This document shows positions 17,846 to 28,228 of a stretch of 64,000 nucleotides of DNA, one piece after another (position 1 is the stretch's first letter; each line of letters starts with the position of its first letter). The translations under genes were made by a program, and so were the position numbers. Under the pieces are notes generated by a model that was not told where the DNA came from, did no database searches, and was given only the letters and a program-made list of their open reading frames with translations. Source of the stretch: a virus (Duplodnaviria; Caudoviricetes); IMG/VR virus record IMGVR_UViG_3300035698_029580; one strand, 5' to 3'.

Positions 17846-19264
17846 ATGCACAATAAAATATTTACTAAGAAAAAGGATCAGTTTGTCATAAGGACTCTTG
17901 GGGCTGATGATGTTGATTTATTGGTTGAATTTTTAAGTCTTCTTTCTTCGGAGAGTAAAAGATGGTATAGTCCTCACCAGTTTGATAGAGAAACAGTTAT
18001 TTCTGTTTGTCTCAAAAACAATAGTAATGAAAATATGAATGTTGTGGTGACTCATAAAGATAAAATAGTTGGTTATTGTACTGTTTTTTTTGGTTTAAGA
18101 GAGTGGGACAATAAAAGATATGATGGGACATTGAGTAATAATGAGATTGGAACTATAGCCCCATGTGTTTCAGATGATTTTCAACATCGTGGAATAGGTA
18201 GTGAAATGTTAAAGTACATAATAGAGATGTGTACTGATATAGGAAAAAAGAAGTTAATATTATGGAGTGGTGTGGTTGTTGAAAACAAAAAAGCAGTAGA
18301 TTTTTATGAAAAATTGGGATTTGAGACATATCGTCGTTGGCATCATGAGATACAACATGTTGATTGTTTAGATATGTATTTTAATTTAGAGCCTGACGAA
18401 TCAAGAGAGAATCATTGTAATACTAATATAATGGTTTTAGGTGCTGCTGGTTCTCTAGGGTCTAATTTATCTCAAAAATTATTGTTCAAGGGTTACAGAA
18501 TCACGGCTGTAGATTTTAATGAAAATGAATTAATGTATTTAAGAAGAACATTTGGTATTCCTTGTCATTTACTTAATATTTGTAATACAAAAGAATTGAT
18601 AAGATTAATAGATATTAACAATATTGATGCTGTTATTAATTGTGCTGCTTATAAGCATGTAGAGTGGTGTGAATCTAATGTAATAGATGCTGTTGAAACC
18701 AATATGATGGTAAATTTACGTTTAATGTCTCATTTAAAAGAAATAAAAGAAAAAACAGGCAAAAATAAAAAGTTTGTATTTATTAGTACCGACAAGGCTA
18801 TATCTCCCAAGAACATATATGCATTGACTAAACAGTTTAGTGACTATACAATTAATTTATATGGACACAAATTAGTAAGAGGGGTAAATTTTCTTAATTC
18901 TAAAGGAAGTGTATTGAACATTTGGGATTCTCAAAGAATAAAGAATAAACCTTTTACTCTGGTAAAACAGAATTGTCTTAGATATTTTATAACTATTTCA
19001 GAGATGACTAATTTAGTAACAGAAGCTTTGGAAGACAATACAAATAAAGTAGAATTTACTCCTTCAGTGATATATTTATTGTCTATTAAAAAATTATTTG
19101 AAGCATATATTCTTTACCATGAGATAGAGGATTATAAGTTAACAGAATTTGATTTACCTTCAAATGAAAAGGAAGTAGAGGATTTAGATTTTAGTCCTAT
19201 TATTACTGAGCTTTCTGAGACCCAAGAAATTGTATCTTTGTTGAATCGTACTTATGCTGGTTAA
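17846..19264 (+). CDS. fusion of a GNAT acetyltransferase and a PseB/CapD-like UDP-sugar 4,6-dehydratase
   Basis: QHRGIGS and AVDFYEKLGF (GNAT); GAAGSLGS, CAAYKHV and STDKA...YALTK (SDR). Confidence 0.85.
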   Translation: MHNKIFTKKKDQFVIRTLGADDVDLLVEFLSLLSSESKRWYSPHQFDRETVISVCLKNNSNENMNVVVTHKDKIVGYCTVFFGLREWDNKRYDGTLSNNEIGTIAPCVSDDFQHRGIGSEMLKYIIEMCTDIGKKKLILWSGVVVENKKAVDFYEKLGFETYRRWHHEIQHVDCLDMYFNLEPDESRENHCNTNIMVLGAAGSLGSNLSQKLLFKGYRITAVDFNENELMYLRRTFGIPCHLLNICNTKELIRLIDINNIDAVINCAAYKHVEWCESNVIDAVETNMMVNLRLMSHLKEIKEKTGKNKKFVFISTDKAISPKNIYALTKQFSDYTINLYGHKLVRGVNFLNSKGSVLNIWDSQRIKNKPFTLVKQNCLRYFITISEMTNLVTEALEDNTNKVEFTPSVIYLLSIKKLFEAYILYHEIEDYKLTEFDLPSNEKEVEDLDFSPIITELSETQEIVSLLNRTYAG

Positions 19265-19281
19265 TTTTATATAGGAAAAAT

Positions 19282-20325
19282 ATGACTGATTTTTTTTCAA
19301 ATTTATTGTCGAGCAAACAGTTGCCTTATATTATTGCTGAGGCTGGTGTTAATCATAATGGTGATTTAGAGATAGCTTTAGATCTTTTAAAGCAAGCTGT
19401 ATTGGCAGGGGTGGATTGTATTAAATTTCAGGCGTTTTCGGCTGATGAATTAATTACTAAAGATACTAAAAAAATAGAATATCAAAAACAAACAGGAAGA
19501 AAAAATGAGACTCAGTACGAGATGTTAAAAAGACTAGAATTAACTAAATCAGAATTTGTTCAGATTAAAAAGCAAGCAGATAAATTAGGAATAGATTTTC
19601 TTGTGACACCTTTTTCTGTTTCATGGGCTAAATTTTTACATGAAATTGGAGTGTGGGGATATAAAGTTGGTTCTGGCAATTTAAATGCTATATATTTATT
19701 AGAATATTTAGCAGAAACACATTTACCAATTATAGTCTCAACAGGAATGTCTTCTCTTTCTGAAATAGATTGGATGTTGGACATATTCAAAAGAAAAAAT
19801 AGTAATGATATATCTATTTTACAATGTACTAGTTTATATCCTGCTCATTTTCCACAGTTAAATTTACATGCTATAAATGCTTTAAGAGAGCACACAAAAT
19901 TACCTGTAGGTTTTTCAGATCATACTTCTGATGTAAGGACAGGGGGATTAGCAGTTGCAGCAGGAGCAGTTATTTTAGAAAAACATTTTACTTTAAGTCG
20001 TAATATGGAAGGACCAGATCATAAATCAAGTACAGGTCCAAGAGGAATGAAAGATTATGTTGATTTTTCTAGAGCAGCTTATTCTGCTTTAGGCAATGGG
20101 AAAAAAAATATTTTTGAAGAAGAATTAATTATTAAAAATTTAGTAAGTTTTAGTTTATCGGCTGCCGTAGATATAGAAGCACATAGTTTAATAAAATTGG
20201 ATATGCTTACAGAAAAAAGACCTGCTTCTGGTATTTCTCCTATAAACAGAGAAAAAATCTTAGGGAAAAAAACTAAAGAATTTATTCCTAAGGGACAAAT
20301 CATTGAGTGGAATATGTTTAAATAG
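19282..20325 (+). CDS. neuB: N-acetylneuraminate/nonulosonate synthase (NeuB/PseI/LegI family) with SAF domain
   Basis: IIAEAGVNHNG, IKFQ, STGMS, GFSDHT, EKHFT and GPDH motifs. Confidence 0.92.
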   Translation: MTDFFSNLLSSKQLPYIIAEAGVNHNGDLEIALDLLKQAVLAGVDCIKFQAFSADELITKDTKKIEYQKQTGRKNETQYEMLKRLELTKSEFVQIKKQADKLGIDFLVTPFSVSWAKFLHEIGVWGYKVGSGNLNAIYLLEYLAETHLPIIVSTGMSSLSEIDWMLDIFKRKNSNDISILQCTSLYPAHFPQLNLHAINALREHTKLPVGFSDHTSDVRTGGLAVAAGAVILEKHFTLSRNMEGPDHKSSTGPRGMKDYVDFSRAAYSALGNGKKNIFEEELIIKNLVSFSLSAAVDIEAHSLIKLDMLTEKRPASGISPINREKILGKKTKEFIPKGQIIEWNMFK

Positions 20326-20339
20326 TCATCTTTCTTTTA

Positions 20340-20373
20340 TTTTCCAGCATTATACTCATTTTTCCTATAAGTT
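20340..20373 (+). promoter_or_regulatory. dispersed copy of the TTTTCCAGCATTA early promoter
   Basis: exact 13-mer plus TAAGTT at the same spacing. Confidence 0.75.
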
Positions 20374-20420
20374 AGTGGAAAAGTGCTAAATAACTGGTAA
20401 TATGTTTAGAAAGGTGGTTT

Positions 20421-20837
20421 ATGTCAAAATTTCAATTAAAATTGCATGTAGAGATTAGAAGAAGAAATGAGTGGGAACACTATGATTTTATAAGTTGTTT
20501 CATGGAACAAAATACGTTTAAACATCTTTTAGCTCCTAATTTTACTTCAAAAAAAATATTTTATTTAAATAATTTTATATTTAAATTGGTTAAGGGGCTA
20601 CCTATAAGTGCAAATAGAAAGACATTGGACCATTTTTTTTCTGAAAAAGATAGTTCAATTTATTGTAGTTATATAGGTGGTAAACAAATTGAAGAATTTA
20701 ATTATCATTTAAAAAATAAAGAATTAGACAATGATGATTTATTGGAATTTTTTAATAATTTAATTGAAAAAAAGAAAAATATTGATGATTTTCAAGATAT
20801 GAGGTATGTTTTCTGGCTTATCTTAGACAGCAAATAA
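20421..20837 (+). CDS. hypothetical phage protein
   Basis: 138-aa ORF; KGLP...RYVFW. Confidence 0.7.
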   Translation: MSKFQLKLHVEIRRRNEWEHYDFISCFMEQNTFKHLLAPNFTSKKIFYLNNFIFKLVKGLPISANRKTLDHFFSEKDSSIYCSYIGGKQIEEFNYHLKNKELDNDDLLEFFNNLIEKKKNIDDFQDMRYVFWLILDSK

Positions 20838-20983
20838 TTAGTAAATTATTTTTCAAGGATTATTGTTTTTTAGGTGGTATTTTAATACTTCTAAAGAAAA
20901 AATTATATCATCGGCACGATAGACCAAAAGAGAACTACAAGATATATGTAGTGTCTCTCTGCCGTTCAAAATAAGGAAAATTA

Positions 20984-21487
20984 ATGAAACAAAATAGACT
21001 GGGTAACATAATTTTAACAGATATAATGATAAATAATATTGTTGAGAGAATATGCCGTAAAATAGAATATTGTTATTTATATCAAAAAGAAGTTATTTTT
21101 ATAATTTTGAATGGAGCCAAAAAATTTGCCGATGACATGAAAAAATATATGAACAACATAAATAAATATAATTTTATTTATGTAGATACTGAGGAAGATT
21201 TTGATAAAAATAGTTATTATTTAAACGGTAAATTTGTTTTAATTATAGAAGATATTTGTAATTCTGGGAAAAAATTAAATAATTATGTTAACAAGGCACA
21301 TTTATGTAAATGTTTAGACATAAAAACTTGTGTATTTATAAAAAGGGACAAAGATACAGTTGAAAATTTATTACTTGATTTTGTAGGAGTAATAGTTAGG
21401 GAAAAAGGTTTTTTAGCTGGTTATGGTTTAAAATCTGAGAATATTTGTGAAGAACTACCTTGTGTTGTGACTGTGGACAAGAATTAA
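20984..21487 (+). CDS. hypoxanthine phosphoribosyltransferase-like protein (type I PRTase)
   Basis: ILNGA, VLIIEDICNSGKKL PRPP loop, FLAGYGL. Confidence 0.75.
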   Translation: MKQNRLGNIILTDIMINNIVERICRKIEYCYLYQKEVIFIILNGAKKFADDMKKYMNNINKYNFIYVDTEEDFDKNSYYLNGKFVLIIEDICNSGKKLNNYVNKAHLCKCLDIKTCVFIKRDKDTVENLLLDFVGVIVREKGFLAGYGLKSENICEELPCVVTVDKN

Positions 21488-21732
21488 TTAAATTCAAAAA
21501 GAGTTTGTCCTGGAATATCTTTGATTTCTTCTTTTTTGGGTTCATCTTGTTCTGTTTTATAAACAGCGTATTCTTTACTAATTATTAATTCTAGATTGAA
21601 TTTCATTTCGCAATTATTGCAAATATAGTCTGCTGAATCATAGTTATTATCTAAATCATCATATATTGTTTGATATAGTTCTTCTGATATTTCTTCATCA
21701 CAGTAGGGGCAATAGATATAGCAATCTTCCAT
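21484..21732 (-). CDS. small acidic Zn-ribbon protein
   Basis: CPYC...CNNC; GGAG RBS. Confidence 0.75.
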   Translation of the reverse strand: MEDCYIYCPYCDEEISEELYQTIYDDLDNNYDSADYICNNCEMKFNLELIISKEYAVYKTEQDEPKKEEIKDIPGQTLFEFN

Positions 21733-21852
21733 TTTAATTTCTCCAAAAAATATATTCTTATTATATCATTATATGGTTATTTTTAAAATAGTAAAGGAAA
21801 AAACCTTTAAAAATAGAAATAACTGTAAGGATTGCCCTATAAAGGAAGAATT

Positions 21853-23679
21853 ATGGTTAAACTAGAACAAGGTACTCATACTACTAATAATATGCCTATT
21901 GTTTATCTCTCTGGGCAAACATATCCTATTCGCAAGTATTTAGGTCGGGCTGGGATAGGATTTACTTGGTATGGAGCTAGAAAAATTTGGTGGATGTACA
22001 AAGAAAAATTTAATAATGATAAATTAGAACAATTGAAAAAATTAGGGGTGGATGTATCAGGGTATAATACTTCTTCAATTGCTCCAGAAGGTGCCCCAGA
22101 TGCTCCAGAAGGCAATAAAGTTGTTCCGGAGGGCAATCAGACTATTCCAAAAATAAATCCTTCACAAGAAGAACCTGTGCCTGAAGTAACAAATAAGACA
22201 GATATTGATGAACGCATTGGAAATTCTTATGATCGTGTTCCTGGTGAAAGGTACATGGGATTTAAAGTTAAAACTAACATTTATTCTACTGAATTTAATT
22301 TAAATTTAGAAGGACAAGAAGTTCCTGTAAAAGTTGTATTTGATAGGTCGTACATAAAGGGTAGGCGTAAAATACCAAAATATAGATATAATTTGTTTTA
22401 TAATGGCAATCCTGCATGGAGAGGATCTGTCAATGCTCCTGGTCCTTGGGGAAGTTACAATGAAGATAAGTTGGCATTAGAAATTCCTGAAAAAATTCAA
22501 TCATGGTTGGATAATAATCCCAAGCAGAGTATATCTAGAAATCTTAAATATTTAATTTTAGAAGGAGAAAGAGAACCTGAGTTAACAAAATGGTTAGAAG
22601 AATTTGGTGATATTTATAACGATGAAAAAGCTAAAGAATTTTGGGAACAAAAATTTCCAAAGAAATATATTCATTTAGATGACCCGAGTTATGAAGGTGA
22701 TTATTCTATTAGATTTTCAGATATGGGAGGGGCAATTTACGCATATACTGATATTAATCATGAACTATCTCCTCATTCTCAACATATTTTACGTATACAC
22801 GTAGAACCTCAAGTTCATACTTTTGAAGATTTAAATAAGTTTATAGACGAACAAATAAAAGAGAATAACGAAGAAATACAATCTAAATATTTGAAATATT
22901 TAAAATCTTTTCCATATAAAGAAGAAGAAGAAGAACAGAGTCGAGGACAAATGGATAAAGTAGTTTCTATGATAGGGAAAAATTATGATATTCAATTTTT
23001 CAAAAATAAACTCATAGAATTGGGATATATTCGTCCAAGTAAGAAAGTAAAAAAAGAGTTAAGAACACCAGGATTTGTGCCTCAAGAAGAGATTAAGTGG
23101 GTTTTAGAAAGCAAAAAAATAGTAAATGATGCGTACGCATATACTCAAAGTCCAGATCAATTTTATAGCACAATAGCATATTGGTTACATAGGAAAGTAA
23201 AAAATATTTCTTCTTGGACGGATATGATGCTTAATGATGCTATAAGACATTGGTATAATTTAGCAAAAAGATATGGTTATAATATTAGTGAAGAAAATGT
23301 AGAAAATTATTTTAATAGAATAGCAAGTGAACTTTATAAAGATTTGTTTTACAAAGAACCTCCTAAAACTGTATGGGAAAATTATAAAGATTTTTATGAA
23401 GGAGGACAAGGAAATCAATCAAGACGCAATACTGTTTCTAAAGAAAAATCTTTGGAGGACTTTATTAATTTTGCTATTTCTCTGGGAGTAGATAGATTAT
23501 CAGTCTTATCAAATCCTAAATCTGTATATAGACAATTATCTTTAAAATTACATCCTGATTTAAATCCTAATGACCCAGAAGCAGAGCAAAAATTTATAAG
23601 GCTAAGTGAGTTATATAATAAATTGCCAACTGAGGTAATTAGAGCAAATAATTGGTATGGAAGAATAAAAAGGTCTTAA
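21853..23679 (+). CDS. large protein with a C-terminal DnaJ (J) domain and a terminal NWY motif
   Basis: YRQLSLKLHPDLNP...AEQKFIRLSELY; ends ANNWYGRIKRS. Confidence 0.8.
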   Translation: MVKLEQGTHTTNNMPIVYLSGQTYPIRKYLGRAGIGFTWYGARKIWWMYKEKFNNDKLEQLKKLGVDVSGYNTSSIAPEGAPDAPEGNKVVPEGNQTIPKINPSQEEPVPEVTNKTDIDERIGNSYDRVPGERYMGFKVKTNIYSTEFNLNLEGQEVPVKVVFDRSYIKGRRKIPKYRYNLFYNGNPAWRGSVNAPGPWGSYNEDKLALEIPEKIQSWLDNNPKQSISRNLKYLILEGEREPELTKWLEEFGDIYNDEKAKEFWEQKFPKKYIHLDDPSYEGDYSIRFSDMGGAIYAYTDINHELSPHSQHILRIHVEPQVHTFEDLNKFIDEQIKENNEEIQSKYLKYLKSFPYKEEEEEQSRGQMDKVVSMIGKNYDIQFFKNKLIELGYIRPSKKVKKELRTPGFVPQEEIKWVLESKKIVNDAYAYTQSPDQFYSTIAYWLHRKVKNISSWTDMMLNDAIRHWYNLAKRYGYNISEENVENYFNRIASELYKDLFYKEPPKTVWENYKDFYEGGQGNQSRRNTVSKEKSLEDFINFAISLGVDRLSVLSNPKSVYRQLSLKLHPDLNPNDPEAEQKFIRLSELYNKLPTEVIRANNWYGRIKRS

Positions 23680-23681
23680 AA

Positions 23682-25049
23682 ATGGGTTGGTATTCTTTAA
23701 AAAAAATATCTCAAGACACATTAGGAGCAGAACCTCTTGAAGAGAAATTTGAAATAGCAGAAGAATATATTCCTTATTTGAAAAAAAAATTAGATAAATT
23801 ACAAAAAAGAGCTTTAAAATTAGAAGTAGAACCACCCCAAATGATGTTGTCTGAACCATATAAAAAGAAATTTAAAGGAAGAACAAAGGAAGCACCTGAC
23901 TATGAGGTTGTGTTCAGAATTGTAACTATAAGTGGCAAAGCTCCGGTTTTAGGAGGATGGCAATTAGCTGGAAGAGTAGTTCATACTCCAGAAGGTAATA
24001 TGTTAAGAACCGCTCCTGGTATCACTGTTCCTGATATTTACAGAACAAATCCACCTATATGTGAACATTGCTGTCAGAACAGACAAAGAAATGATACCTT
24101 TTTAGTTGTTAATGAAAAGGGAGAATATAAACAAGTTGGTAGTTCTTGTTTGGCAGATTTCTTAGGTCATCCAGATCCAAAACAATATGCTAATTATGCT
24201 CAATATCTTTCGGAATTTAGAGAATTAGCTTTTGGATATGAAGGTAAAGATATTAATGATGAAATGGAAGGTTGGGGAAGACAAGGACAAATAACTTTTG
24301 CACCTGTGTCTATTGTTTCTTTAGCCTTAGCTCTTGTTAAAAAAGGTGGTTATCTTTCTAGAACAAAAGCAGATGAATTGTCATTGTCAGGACGACCTGT
24401 TTCTTCAACGGCTGATACTATGACTCAATTTTTATTTCCTAGTCCTAGTTTTGATCCATGGAAAGAATATAATATAACGATTACAGATCAAGATAGAGAG
24501 TTAGCAGAAAAAATAATTGAATGGGCTATAGAACAAGGTAATAAACCAAATCCTTCTCAATATATGTGGAATTTATCTGTGGCTGCTAGAGGTTCTGCTT
24601 CAACAAGAGAACTTGGAATATTAGCTAGTGCTGTTCCCTCTTATCATAGAATGATGGAGAAGAAATTAGAAATAGAAGAAAAGAAAAAAAGCGGAGAATT
24701 AAAAGAAAGTAATTTTATCGGGGAAAAAGGAGATAAAATAATTGCTAAAGTAAAATTTACAGGACAATCAACTTCTGATGGGAATTATGGAACTACTTTT
24801 ATAAGTAGATTTATAGATACTAATGGTAATCGTTTTACATGGTTTGCCAGTAATCAATTACCGGATATAGAAGAAAATGGAGAATTTAAACAAATAGATC
24901 CTGGTATGGAGTTTGTTATCTTTGGAACAGTAAAAGATCATAATACATGGAAGGATATGAGATCTACTATTTTAACTCGTTGTAAAATTCTTACTGATGA
25001 AAAACAAATAAAAAATTATAACAAAAAGGCTACTATTAGTTTATTATGA
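23682..25049 (+). CDS. MxWY-tagged protein with a Zn-binding motif and C-terminal OB-fold-like region
   Basis: start MGWYSLKKISQ; CEHC...VGSSCL; GTVKDH...TILTRC. Confidence 0.75.
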   Translation: MGWYSLKKISQDTLGAEPLEEKFEIAEEYIPYLKKKLDKLQKRALKLEVEPPQMMLSEPYKKKFKGRTKEAPDYEVVFRIVTISGKAPVLGGWQLAGRVVHTPEGNMLRTAPGITVPDIYRTNPPICEHCCQNRQRNDTFLVVNEKGEYKQVGSSCLADFLGHPDPKQYANYAQYLSEFRELAFGYEGKDINDEMEGWGRQGQITFAPVSIVSLALALVKKGGYLSRTKADELSLSGRPVSSTADTMTQFLFPSPSFDPWKEYNITITDQDRELAEKIIEWAIEQGNKPNPSQYMWNLSVAARGSASTRELGILASAVPSYHRMMEKKLEIEEKKKSGELKESNFIGEKGDKIIAKVKFTGQSTSDGNYGTTFISRFIDTNGNRFTWFASNQLPDIEENGEFKQIDPGMEFVIFGTVKDHNTWKDMRSTILTRCKILTDEKQIKNYNKKATISLL

Positions 25050-26071
25050 ACTGGTATTCATTTCTAAAATTTGCTCAGATTTGGAACATTGACTCAGATG
25101 GATCTTTTTCTGATGAATTAGAAAAATTTTATGAGTTAGAATACAAACATTCTATGATTAGTCAACGTCCGTGGAGAGGATTAGGACAAAGAAAAGAAAA
25201 TATTTTAAATGGATTAGAAAAAGAATTATGGGATACTGGAGAAAATTTAAGAATACCTTTATTGCAAACGTTTGAGACATGGCTCAATAATCATGCTTTA
25301 ATGGATCCTGGTCTTTGGGCTCAACAAAGAGCAGATGACGATTATGAACATATAGAAGAACTTGGAGAAGATTCTACTATGCATGGTATATTAGATGAAT
25401 ATATGAGATATAAAAATGAAAATGGAGCATGGTATAATCCGTATAAAGGTCCAAATTGGGATCAAGCAAAAAGTGAATTATTTCAAGAAATAATGAAAAA
25501 TAAAAACAATTTTCCTTCATTAGGTCCTTTGTGGCAGTATATTAAAGAATATCAAAAAGAATATTTATTAAATATTCTAGAAGAAGATGGCTTGCAAGAA
25601 GTTAATAGAAATTTTGGCTTTAATTTTAAATCTGAAGAAGAAGTAGAAAATAATATAGATAAGATAATTGAATCTACTATGGGTGTAGATGATTTTATAG
25701 ATACTCATTCTAATTTTTTTGAAACACTGGAAAATATTAGGGTAAATATGAGACAATTTATCCACGAAATATATCAAAATCTTATATTTCCTGGATGGTC
25801 TGAATATTGGAAAAGTCAAGGGATAGAACAAACTAGAAAAAATATTGAAATTATTTATGAAAAATTAAAATCTTCTAATAATAGTATTCCATCATTAAAA
25901 GCAGGAATTAATGCTGCTTTACATGCTAGTCATCAAACCGGAGAAATGATTGAATATTTAGAACAATATGCTAATGAATATATAGACCCAGCTTTACTGA
26001 GGGAATTATCTGAAGGTAATTTTGTTGAAGAATGGAATGAAGAATTAAGAAAAATCGGAGTTGAAATATGA
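25046..26071 (+). CDS. MNWY-tagged hypothetical protein
   Basis: starts MNWYSFLKFAQ. Confidence 0.8.
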   Translation: MNWYSFLKFAQIWNIDSDGSFSDELEKFYELEYKHSMISQRPWRGLGQRKENILNGLEKELWDTGENLRIPLLQTFETWLNNHALMDPGLWAQQRADDDYEHIEELGEDSTMHGILDEYMRYKNENGAWYNPYKGPNWDQAKSELFQEIMKNKNNFPSLGPLWQYIKEYQKEYLLNILEEDGLQEVNRNFGFNFKSEEEVENNIDKIIESTMGVDDFIDTHSNFFETLENIRVNMRQFIHEIYQNLIFPGWSEYWKSQGIEQTRKNIEIIYEKLKSSNNSIPSLKAGINAALHASHQTGEMIEYLEQYANEYIDPALLRELSEGNFVEEWNEELRKIGVEI

Positions 26072-26565
26072 ATTGGTATAAAAAATTAAAATTAGCTCAA
26101 TCAGGTGAATATTGGATAGACGAGTCTGGTAATGTTCTTGGTGCAGATGGAGATACAGGTGATTACAATCATGAAGGACATGTTATAGAGAATCTTTTAG
26201 CAGAATATGATATTGAATATTATGAAGATTTTGAGAATATGAGTTTAGATAAATTAATTGAATTAGGTATGTCTCAAGATGAAATAAATACATTAACTGG
26301 CAAGATGGATCCAAGAGAGTATGCTATGAAAAATTGGGGATGGGCAAGAGTTCAAGGTGATAATATAGAAGTCTGGAATTTAGGTGGTGACATGATTAAT
26401 ACAATAGCAAATGGTTTGTTTGAAATATATGACGAATCAGTTAAGAATGAAATATTTAATTTGTATTTACATTCTAATGGGAAATGGTATAATAATTTAC
26501 CGTGGGAATTTTTTAATAGTGGAAAAATAAATAAATTGAGAGATTATCAGTTTGTTGGTTGGTAA
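26068..26565 (+). CDS. MNWY-tagged hypothetical protein
   Basis: starts MNWYKKLKLAQ. Confidence 0.8.
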   Translation: MNWYKKLKLAQSGEYWIDESGNVLGADGDTGDYNHEGHVIENLLAEYDIEYYEDFENMSLDKLIELGMSQDEINTLTGKMDPREYAMKNWGWARVQGDNIEVWNLGGDMINTIANGLFEIYDESVKNEIFNLYLHSNGKWYNNLPWEFFNSGKINKLRDYQFVGW

Positions 26566-26605
26566 TTTTATTTGTTTGTGATTATTTTTAGTTTAATATT
26601 TAAAA

Positions 26606-27115
26606 ATGCAGAAAATAAAGAAAAAATTAGAAAAATTTCCTAAAGATTGGGAAACCCACATTCTCAAAGGATGTGAATTATATTTTATTGACAAAAAAAT
26701 AGAATATATATCTGGTTTCATATCTCATATGGTTAGTCTTTGTACTGTTAAAAATTTATTTAATTTTGATTATAAAGAAGAGGATAATGGTGTTTCTGAA
26801 TATAATTCACAATTGGAATTATTGTTTAGAGCAAAAGGAAAAGAATTTATAGTTGATGTGGCTTTTAATAATCTAACGAAGAGTATTCATGGATTAGTAG
26901 TAAATAATAAAAAATTGACTAATGAATTTGGAATGGATTTTATGGTTATGGTTGGGGGATTTAAAGCATTAACTTGTTTTGGAACATTACAATCTATTGA
27001 AATAATTATTTCAGAAGATCAATCTGATGATGACAATGATGATTTTGATGAAGATATTGAACCAACAAATCCTTTAGAAGACAATTATATTTTGCCAACA
27101 ATGCAAAATAATTAA
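26606..27115 (+). CDS. hypothetical protein with acidic tail
   Basis: 169-aa ORF. Confidence 0.7.
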   Translation: MQKIKKKLEKFPKDWETHILKGCELYFIDKKIEYISGFISHMVSLCTVKNLFNFDYKEEDNGVSEYNSQLELLFRAKGKEFIVDVAFNNLTKSIHGLVVNNKKLTNEFGMDFMVMVGGFKALTCFGTLQSIEIIISEDQSDDDNDDFDEDIEPTNPLEDNYILPTMQNN

Positions 27116-28225
27116 TTATTCTCTATATTCTATTTTACAAGCTGCTGAAATTCTTAATAAGTCTAAGCCAGATAAATCATCATTAACTATAAATTTTAAT
27201 TTATCTTGATTTTCTGCTTTTAAAATTATAGGTTCTAATATTTTATTTTTAATTGTCATCCATGTCCCTGTTGCTCCTACACTGCCATATGCTGCAAGTT
27301 CTGCTCCTGCTAATTGTAAAATATCAGATGTTTGTTTTACGTTTAAGGAAAAACCAACTTCATTATCTGTTATTCGTTGATATAATATTCCAGAAGATAA
27401 AGCAGCTACTCCTAGAAAAGTATTATATGGAATGGCGGGCATTGTAGAATCAGCAACAATAGCACTATAATCATCATCTGCTATTATATAAGTAAACTCA
27501 TGGACATGCAACCATGTTCCCAATGTTGGTTGTATTATAAATTCTCCTGCTCCTGCTTCTGTTGACATTCCTTCAAATTGTATATCGTCCATATAAAATT
27601 TAGCTAATTTGCCTTCGTTTGTAATTGTTTCTATTCTTAATGCTTCTATTGTTAATCCTGTTAATCCCATATCTGCTAGTGGAATAGTTATTTGATGCCA
27701 TATATCGAATACATTCCAGTCAAAATAATCTTCTAATTTAACACTATTTCCTACTATTGCTCCTGTTCTCCATCCATATACTTCTGTGCTATCTCCTGCT
27801 TTCCAGTCTTTATCTACATATATCCATATTATTAAATTATCATAATCTGTTAAAGCAAAATCAGAACCATTATTTATTTCTAATATATCATTTATATCTC
27901 CATTATCATATTTTATACTTTTAGTTCCTAATGCCGTATGATTTTGATCAATACTATCAATTACCCATTTACCCCCAGTAATAATAGAAGCAGTCCAATA
28001 AATATTATCTGTTCCATCATTAACATTTTCTGTTAAATCAACAGATCTTCCTATATTCATATCAATACCATAAACGCTGCTTGTGAAAAATTCAATGGTA
28101 TTTTCGTATTGTTTAAGAGGATGGGTAGCTACAACTAGAGTATTGCTATCATCTTTATCATCATGAGTAACTATATGAGCATTATCATGATTTCTAGGGT
28201 CTGTTACATAACTATCTAATCCCAT
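27116..28225 (-). CDS. probable virion protein with an inserted carbohydrate-binding-like domain
   Basis: beta-rich; WHQITIPLADMGL; lies in the structural-looking operon. Confidence 0.6.
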   Translation of the reverse strand: MGLDSYVTDPRNHDNAHIVTHDDKDDSNTLVVATHPLKQYENTIEFFTSSVYGIDMNIGRSVDLTENVNDGTDNIYWTASIITGGKWVIDSIDQNHTALGTKSIKYDNGDINDILEINNGSDFALTDYDNLIIWIYVDKDWKAGDSTEVYGWRTGAIVGNSVKLEDYFDWNVFDIWHQITIPLADMGLTGLTIEALRIETITNEGKLAKFYMDDIQFEGMSTEAGAGEFIIQPTLGTWLHVHEFTYIIADDDYSAIVADSTMPAIPYNTFLGVAALSSGILYQRITDNEVGFSLNVKQTSDILQLAGAELAAYGSVGATGTWMTIKNKILEPIILKAENQDKLKFIVNDDLSGLDLLRISAACKIEYRE

Positions 28226-28228
28226 TTA

